Below are positions 8,386-12,891 of a DNA stretch of 12,891 nt, piece after piece. The position numbers were made by a program, and so were the translations under genes. The notes beneath the pieces were generated by a model. It made no database searches, was not told the DNA's origin, and was given only the letters and a program-made list of their open reading frames with translations. Positions within the stretch are counted from its first letter, which is position 1. The number at the start of each line of letters is the position of its first letter. The DNA is from an uncultured bacterium (GTDB lineage Bacteria; CSSED10-310; CAZUFC01), in NCBI GenBank assembly GCA_964619725.1, contig CAZUFC010000187.1:1-12891 (forward strand). The letters are read 5' to 3'.

Positions 8386-9911
8386 CTCTGTTCACCTGTA
8401 TAAGTCTCTCCTGCCTCTTCCCGTCCGTCAAAACGAACCGGCCGTTTCAAATTTTCAGGTTCGATATCGCGACCCAGCACATATAGTAAATCAGCCTTGG
8501 CGCTCTGAAAATCCATCAGGTTGGAATAATAATTCGTTTCCGCATTCACCAGGTCATCCTGCGCGCGCAACAGTTCCAGGTATCCGATCAGACCCTCTTC
8601 ATAACTTTTATTGACCAGGTTCAGCGATTCGCGGGACAGGTCCAGCGAACGCCTGGAAAGCTTGATGGATTCCTGCAGCGTCAAATAATAACGCAGGGCT
8701 GATTTGACTTCTCGAATTATAGTCCGTTCCTGGTCCTGTACCTGATTCTTTAATTTCAATCGGGAAAGCTTGCTTTGAAAGTAAGCTTCATTATCGCTTC
8801 TTTCGCCGAATGCATACGAAAAACCCAGGGCAGTCTGATATTCAGGAGAATCCGTTCTGAAAGCATCGCTAAAATTATCTTCATAATTGATCACGCTGGT
8901 TTGCACAAGAAAATCGACATCAGGCATTCGGCCGTTTCTGGCCGTTATAACTGATAATTCTGAACTCTTGAGTTGATTATCAAGTTCCCGTATTTCAACG
9001 CGATTGGTCAACGCTTCGGCGATGGCCGCTCCTTCATCAACCCCCTCATAACGGTTGACAGCGACCTCTTCGGTCAGTTCGACTCGAATGTCCAGGTCCA
9101 GTCCTGTCAGCAGCTTAAGGTATTCAACAGCATCCAGCGCACTCTGCCGGGCAGAAACCAGAGAATTTTTCTTCTGTTCCCATTGCAGTTCCGCCTGCGA
9201 TACGTGAATCTGAGCCACCAGCCCCTCCTGAAGCTTGATTTGAGCGTTATGCAGATGAGTCGCCGCTTCATTGACTCCCGATTCGATGGCTTGCACCAGC
9301 TTCTGCCTCTTCAGCGCCCGAAAATAGGCCGATACCACGTCTCTCACCAGACGCCGGCTCTCCTGCCCATAGCTGTAACGCGCGTTCTCAAGCGATAACT
9401 CCGCCTTTTTCAATTCTGCCCTGTTCACCGCAATTCCCGCATCCTTCAACAAAGGTTGCTGGACGGTTATTCCGAATGAGTGAGTATAATCTGTCGCATC
9501 CCCTGATTCAGGTCCATCAAGAATATCGTAACGGTTAATCGTTGAAAACAAATCGACTGTCGCACCAGTAACGAAATTCTTGCTTACGTTCAGACCTGCT
9601 TCATGGTCCATGCTCCTTAAGTCCTCATCATCAGATGCATCCGCATCACGCATAATCGTCAAAGCATGGTCAGTATTAAGCTCAAGCTTAGGAGCAAATT
9701 GATTCTCGGATATCCGCAGATTGGACTCTGAAAGCGATACGTCATATCCCACATTCTTAAGCGAATAATTCCGGTCAAGCGCTATCACAACAGCATCCGA
9801 AAGCGAAAGCTGCAAAACAGCCTCTTCGCCGGTATCCTCTGCGAAAACAGATACAACCGGTAAACAAACGATCAAAATCAAATAAAATCCTGTGAATATT
9901 CTATATCTCAT
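8382..9911 (-). CDS. TolC family outer membrane efflux protein
   Basis: Signal peptide, LSLSDAVVIALDRN, ITVQQPLL, VVSAYF, EALTNRVEI, YEEGLIGYLELLRAQDDL: two OEP repeats. First gene of the export operon. Confidence 0.93.
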   Translation of the reverse strand: MRYRIFTGFYLILIVCLPVVSVFAEDTGEEAVLQLSLSDAVVIALDRNYSLKNVGYDVSLSESNLRISENQFAPKLELNTDHALTIMRDADASDDEDLRSMDHEAGLNVSKNFVTGATVDLFSTINRYDILDGPESGDATDYTHSFGITVQQPLLKDAGIAVNRAELKKAELSLENARYSYGQESRRLVRDVVSAYFRALKRQKLVQAIESGVNEAATHLHNAQIKLQEGLVAQIHVSQAELQWEQKKNSLVSARQSALDAVEYLKLLTGLDLDIRVELTEEVAVNRYEGVDEGAAIAEALTNRVEIRELDNQLKSSELSVITARNGRMPDVDFLVQTSVINYEDNFSDAFRTDSPEYQTALGFSYAFGERSDNEAYFQSKLSRLKLKNQVQDQERTIIREVKSALRYYLTLQESIKLSRRSLDLSRESLNLVNKSYEEGLIGYLELLRAQDDLVNAETNYYSNLMDFQSAKADLLYVLGRDIEPENLKRPVRFDGREEAGETYTGEQR

Positions 9912-9981
9912 GACTCATTATGTCGATTCGTCCAAATCTAAAACAAAATACGGACGAGTTTCCCGAAAGAAACTCCCCATC

Positions 9982-10011
9982 TTTATACAACGTAAAGTTC
10001 ATTTTGTTCAA
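9982..10011 (-). promoter_or_regulatory. Putative sigma70-type promoter of the TolC-MFP-MFP-permease-ATPase operon
   Basis: Minus strand TTGAAC (10011-10006), 18 nt spacer, TATAAA (9987-9982), followed by a GAGTTTCT-TTCG-GGAAACTC hairpin in the leader. Confidence 0.4.
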
Positions 10012-10231
10012 TTACAAAAGTAATAAAAATCAACATTTCGGCGAAACAAAACGGCAGAAGCGTTCCTGTAGGAATATATGAAACCCGCAGAATTGTTGTC
10101 GCTGGAGGGTCACCCCTTCAGGAAAAGAGCAAGATACCTTTATGTCGATGCGAGTCGCTTCCGGCGAGGCATGGACAATAATCCGGATTTATCATACGGA
10201 ACCCGTTACGAACGACCCTGTCCCTGCAACT

Positions 10232-10786
10232 TCAAGCGCTGCTATGCTTCCGCAGTCCCCCGGCGTGCCTTGCCAGGACGAACCCGAGAAGCGCGAGCAG
10301 CACGGTCCAGCCTCCGGGACCAGCCATCGGAATCGGTGGAATATCAGTATGAGACGGGGAGGGAGATGCCGTCGGGCTGGTCGTGGCTGTAGAACTGGGC
10401 GTAAAAGTCGGACTGGCGGTAGGCGAAAGCGTGGGGCGCAGCGTCGGTGAGTGAGTGGGGCTCATGGACGGTTTCAGGGTCGGCGTTGCCGTCGAAGTCA
10501 TCGTCGGAGTCTCCGTCGCCGTGGGCATAGGCGTCACGGTGGTATAACACGCGTAGTCCTGACTGGGACCGGCGGACAGGATCGCCGGGTAGACCGCATA
10601 ATTGTAAATAGCGGGTGAGTTGATATAGGGCGTCAGGGATAAGAAGTTGAGGGAAGGCGTAACCTCCGAAGGACTGCAAGCCGTCGAGTTTAACGAAAAA
10701 ACTGCAATCGATCAAAAAAAATCAAGTAAAACAAAGTCCCCCCGCTTGCGGCTCAGTTTTACACACACGTGACGCAAGAAAAGCAT
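10232..10786 (-). pseudogene. Pro/Thr/Ser-rich surface protein with IPTL-CTERM-like C-terminal sorting tail; frame interrupted by one TGA
   Basis: The listed ORF 10232-10537 encodes a PT/S linker then IPPIPMAGPGG-WTVLLALLGFVLA-RH..RKH. Manual translation shows the frame stays open upstream to 10711, hits TGA at 10714-10712, then continues to ATG 10786 with GAGG 6 nt upstream. Confidence 0.55.
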
Positions 10787-10970
10787 CGAAAGCCTCAATT
10801 TTCAAACCTGTTCACACAGGAACAACGAATTTTCATCACGCAAAATGAATCGGCAAAGTTAAATCCGCCTTCCTGTAACGGCCCTGTCAGGATATAGCTC
10901 AGCGAAGCAGTAACCGGTTCGAATAAGAAGTTTCTGATCGTAACGAAGACAACGCAATATCGTCTCTGAT

Positions 10971-11273
10971 GATCCCGGAGGGATCAAACAGCAAAGCCCA
11001 GGGTTAAAGGAGCGAAGCGACTGCAACCCTGGGTTGGAATGTGAAATATTACAACCCTGAAAGGGTTGAACAGAAAAAAAATGATCGAACAATTTCTTTT
11101 AAGGACAAACTCAGGAGGCTTTTGGAAAAACATGACGTTGATTATGATGAAAAATGCCTTCTGGGTTGAAAATCTGTTCAACCCTTTCAGGGTTTTAAAT
11201 TCATCCATCCTACCCAGGGTTGCGCTCGCAAGCTCGCTTAACCCTGGCTGATATACTGCGCGCCTCCGGCGCT
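10971..11273. mobile_element. REP-flanked, internally deleted IS200/IS605 (RAYT-like) element
   Basis: Perfect 22-bp inverted repeat AACCCTGAAAGGGTTGAACAGA (11053-11074 / 11173-11194). An outer inverted hairpin pair lies at 10995-11034 / 11212-11249, with terminal small hairpins GATCCCGGAGGGATC and GCGCCTCCGGCGC. A transposase remnant lies between the arms. Confidence 0.75.
11071..11169 (+). pseudogene. C-terminal remnant of IS200/IS605-family Y1 transposase (TnpA/RAYT-like)
   Basis: Manual translation QKKNDRTISFKDKLRRLLEKHDVDYDEKCLLG* resembles the Q.EHH....F..E...LL.KH...YDE.Y.W C-terminus of IS200-like transposases. No start codon, HUH motif or catalytic Tyr region remains. Confidence 0.7.
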
Positions 11274-11321
11274 GAAGAAAACGCCGGTATGAGGTAAAGA
11301 TGATCCAGACAGTCAAAAACA

Positions 11322-11616
11322 GTGTCTGATCAAACCGGGATTACACTTCTTGCAAAACTTCTGAAAGTTCGGCGCAGATCAAAAATGGCCATGTCAGGGT
11401 TACAATTTCTCAGTTTGAATCCTCCGCGCTCGTGCTCAGTGCAGCGGTAATCGTAATCGAACCATTGGTCTGATCTGTACAGTCGTTTGAAAGCAAAGCA
11501 GGGCTATTATTTGAATCGATCGATTACGATTACGGGCACGAGCGCCGCTCCGCTGAGCGCGATAGTTCTGGTTGAGTATCGAGATCACAATTTGTAACCC
11601 CTGTTTGATCAGTCCC
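11322..11616. mobile_element. Composite MITE-like element E3 (E1/E2 family)
   Basis: 11322-11369 matches the E1 left end (2423-2470) at 40/48. 11371-11407 is the reverse complement of the E1 right end (26/37). The element ends in TGTAACCCCTGTTTGATCAGTCCC (11616), a reverse-complement left-type end. Confidence 0.7.
11425..11562. repeat. Inverted pair of hexamer-based REP-like arms
   Basis: GTAATCGTAATCGA (11447-11460) and TCGATTACGATTAC (11520-11533) are a perfect inverted repeat. CGTGCTCAGTGCAGCGG can pair with CCGCTCCGCTGAGCGCG, and GCTCGTGC with GCACGAGC. Confidence 0.85.
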
Positions 11617-11865
11617 CGCATTGAGTGTCCTTCTGTGCCGCTTGCTCATGATGGAATAAATACTTTCTTGCCGTTTCTAATAAGAGTTAAATCACGCCGC
11701 AACGTGACTTCCCGAACTTTTTTGGATATTTATCCGCAATAAAGATATCCCGATTAATTATTTCACCAGTTTTCAGACGGGATTTAAAGAGAAATTTTTC
11801 GTGATTATATTGTTCGCGGCTGTAACTCTATTCGATTTCTTCTCTTCTCCTGTTTCACTTCCCGG

Positions 11866-12132
11866 ATGTACCGCATGACTTCCCCGACAGATTCCCTTTT
11901 GATAACTGAGATTAAAAACGAACGTAACAGACTCATACGGGAAAATGACAGGCTTCAATCTCGCCCTGAACGAGAAATCGAATATTCCCGATCACTGAAT
12001 GAGAAGATAGTATCCCTCGAAAGAGAAATCGCATCATTAGGCTGGTCCGGGAAAGGAATTTCCGGTTATCTCAGAGATGGATTAAAACGGATAGTCGAAA
12101 AACTCGATACAGAATACAGTCATGAAGATTGA
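11866..12132 (+). CDS. Hypothetical coiled-coil protein or gene fragment
   Basis: 88 aa, charged heptad-like sequence (EIKNERNRLIRENDRL, SLNEKIVSLEREIASL). It fills the gap and converges on hicA with a 13-nt spacer. No good RBS and no recognised family. Confidence 0.4.
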   Translation: MYRMTSPTDSLLITEIKNERNRLIRENDRLQSRPEREIEYSRSLNEKIVSLEREIASLGWSGKGISGYLRDGLKRIVEKLDTEYSHED

Positions 12133-12145
12133 AAATAAAAAAGAG

Positions 12146-12379
12146 TCACTTACATTTATTTAAAAGACTAAGATATTCATCCCTGCTCATTTTTGCCGTC
12201 CGCATAATTCCCCTGATAATTTTAACCGGTACGTCTTTGTAGGTGGGAATGACGACAGACCTGGAGATTCCTTCTTTTACGTAAACGCGATGACTTCCCT
12301 TCTGTCTGTCTAGGAGAAACCCGAATTCTTTAAAAATACAGTCAAGGACTTGCCAATCAACCGAAGTTATACGCGACAT
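12146..12379 (-). CDS. hicA: Type II toxin-antitoxin HicA family toxin (mRNA interferase)
   Basis: 77 aa with GFLLDRQKGSHRVYVK (GSH catalytic motif), VVIP, and IIRGIMRTAKMSRDEY C-terminal helix. Overlaps the hicB end by 13 nt. Confidence 0.93.
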   Translation of the reverse strand: MSRITSVDWQVLDCIFKEFGFLLDRQKGSHRVYVKEGISRSVVIPTYKDVPVKIIRGIMRTAKMSRDEYLSLLNKCK

Positions 12380-12687
12380 TCTTCTTTATTTAAATAAAAT
12401 GGAATGGGAACATCAATATAATCATGAGGAAATATTTCGGGCTTCTTCTTATGTACCGCCTGAAAACCACATTCTTTTAAAACGGCTTCCAGCGTACCTC
12501 TTTCAAAACAGGAAACGACGAACAGCGATATTGCCTCAATTAAATTGTTCCGGGCTTCCTCTTTATCTTTTCCCATAGAGCTTATGTCTAAAATATTGCA
12601 AGAAGAAACAAACCAATCGGTTTCTTTATCTTTGGTTATTTGGACAGGCAGAGAAAAATTCAATTGCGCTATAGTTCTCTTTCCCAC
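12367..12687 (-). CDS. hicB: Type II toxin-antitoxin HicB family antitoxin (short form)
   Basis: WFVSSCNILDISSMGKDKEEARNNLIEAISLF matches the HicB partial RNase H fold (G.T.EEA..N..EAI.L). GTG start with AGGA upstream, adjacent to hicA. Confidence 0.88.
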   Translation of the reverse strand: MGKRTIAQLNFSLPVQITKDKETDWFVSSCNILDISSMGKDKEEARNNLIEAISLFVVSCFERGTLEAVLKECGFQAVHKKKPEIFPHDYIDVPIPFYLNKEECRV

Positions 12688-12756
12688 GTTTCTTAATCCT
12701 TTCTGCTTCTTTCCTGAAAGAGAAGAATCCCTTAATATCCCTCTCTTTCCAAGAAC

Positions 12757-12785
12757 ATTATATTGTTAAGATTTAAGAATGTCCA
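12757..12785 (-). promoter_or_regulatory. Near-consensus sigma70 promoter of hicBA
   Basis: Minus strand TGGACA (12785-12780), 17 nt spacer, TATAAT (12762-12757). An imperfect dyad AACA-TTATAT-TGTT (12754-12767) overlaps the -10. Confidence 0.65.
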
Positions 12786-12837
12786 AAAAAAACCAATCTT
12801 TACCAGTTTCTTCTTTGGATGTACGGATTACTTCGCC

Positions 12838-12891
12838 AGTGGCTGTCCAGCATTAAATTTTGAATCGAGATTCGAGTTTATGGACAGGCAC
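12838..12891. repeat. Palindromic miniature repeat (MITE/REP-like), copy 2, running to the window edge
   Basis: Direct copy of 14-67 (53/54 identical; the first 50 bp are exact). Confidence 0.85.

Noticed and set aside
530..9398. Numerous short antisense or nested ORFs within the main genes
   Set aside because: They lie almost entirely within well-supported CDSs with clear family motifs and show no independent signal.
10078..10715. ORFs 10078-10392 (+), 10142-10450 (+) and 10344-10715 (-)
   Set aside because: Alternative-frame or antisense shadows of the GC-rich PT-linker coding region, with no recognisable motifs.
10890..10924. tRNA-like fragments (TAGCTCAG ... GGTTCGAAT)
   Set aside because: The two motifs are only ~13 nt apart with no anticodon arm or acceptor stem. 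The stretch is better explained as a decayed REP arm (CCCTGTCAGG, GCGAAGC, AACC).
10859..11316. ORFs 10859-11092, 10984-11316 and 11066-11251
   Set aside because: They run through REP palindromes with no protein-like signal. The meaningful frame is the TnpA remnant at 11071-11169.
2423..11616. Repeats as a CRISPR array or integron attC cassette array
   Set aside because: No regularly spaced identical repeats with unique spacers, no cas or integrase gene, and the elements lack RYYYAAC/GTTRRRY core sites.
11436..11621. 61-aa ORF with ARARNRNR
   Set aside because: Translation artefact of the hexamer repeats inside element E3.
1..12891. Circular plasmid or phage contig
   Set aside because: No replication, partition or phage genes. 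The terminal copies differ by one base and in their upstream flanks, so this is not an exact circular overlap.

Overview
A 12.9 kb bacterial chromosomal segment, possibly a whole contig because nearly the same 54-bp palindromic repeat sits at both ends. Coding content: a secreted beta-propeller/Ig-like protein with a Pro/Thr linker and a distinct C-terminal domain (403-2397); an atypical signal peptidase I with His at the catalytic Lys position (2621-3208); a five-gene minus-strand MacAB-TolC-type export operon (TolC, two adaptors, permease, ATPase; 3720-9911); a Pro/Thr/Ser-rich surface-protein frame ending in an IPTL-CTERM-like sorting tail and interrupted by one in-frame TGA (10232-10786); a doubtful coiled-coil ORF; and a hicB-hicA toxin-antitoxin pair. 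Several intergenic gaps hold small non-autonomous mobile elements. Three are related MITE-like elements with GGnnnTGATCA ends carrying RTCGNN hexamer arrays, one with a clean 8-bp target duplication. There is also a REP-flanked IS200/RAYT-type element reduced to the last 32 transposase codons, and the terminal palindromic repeat. All calls come from reading the sequence; no database searches were run.
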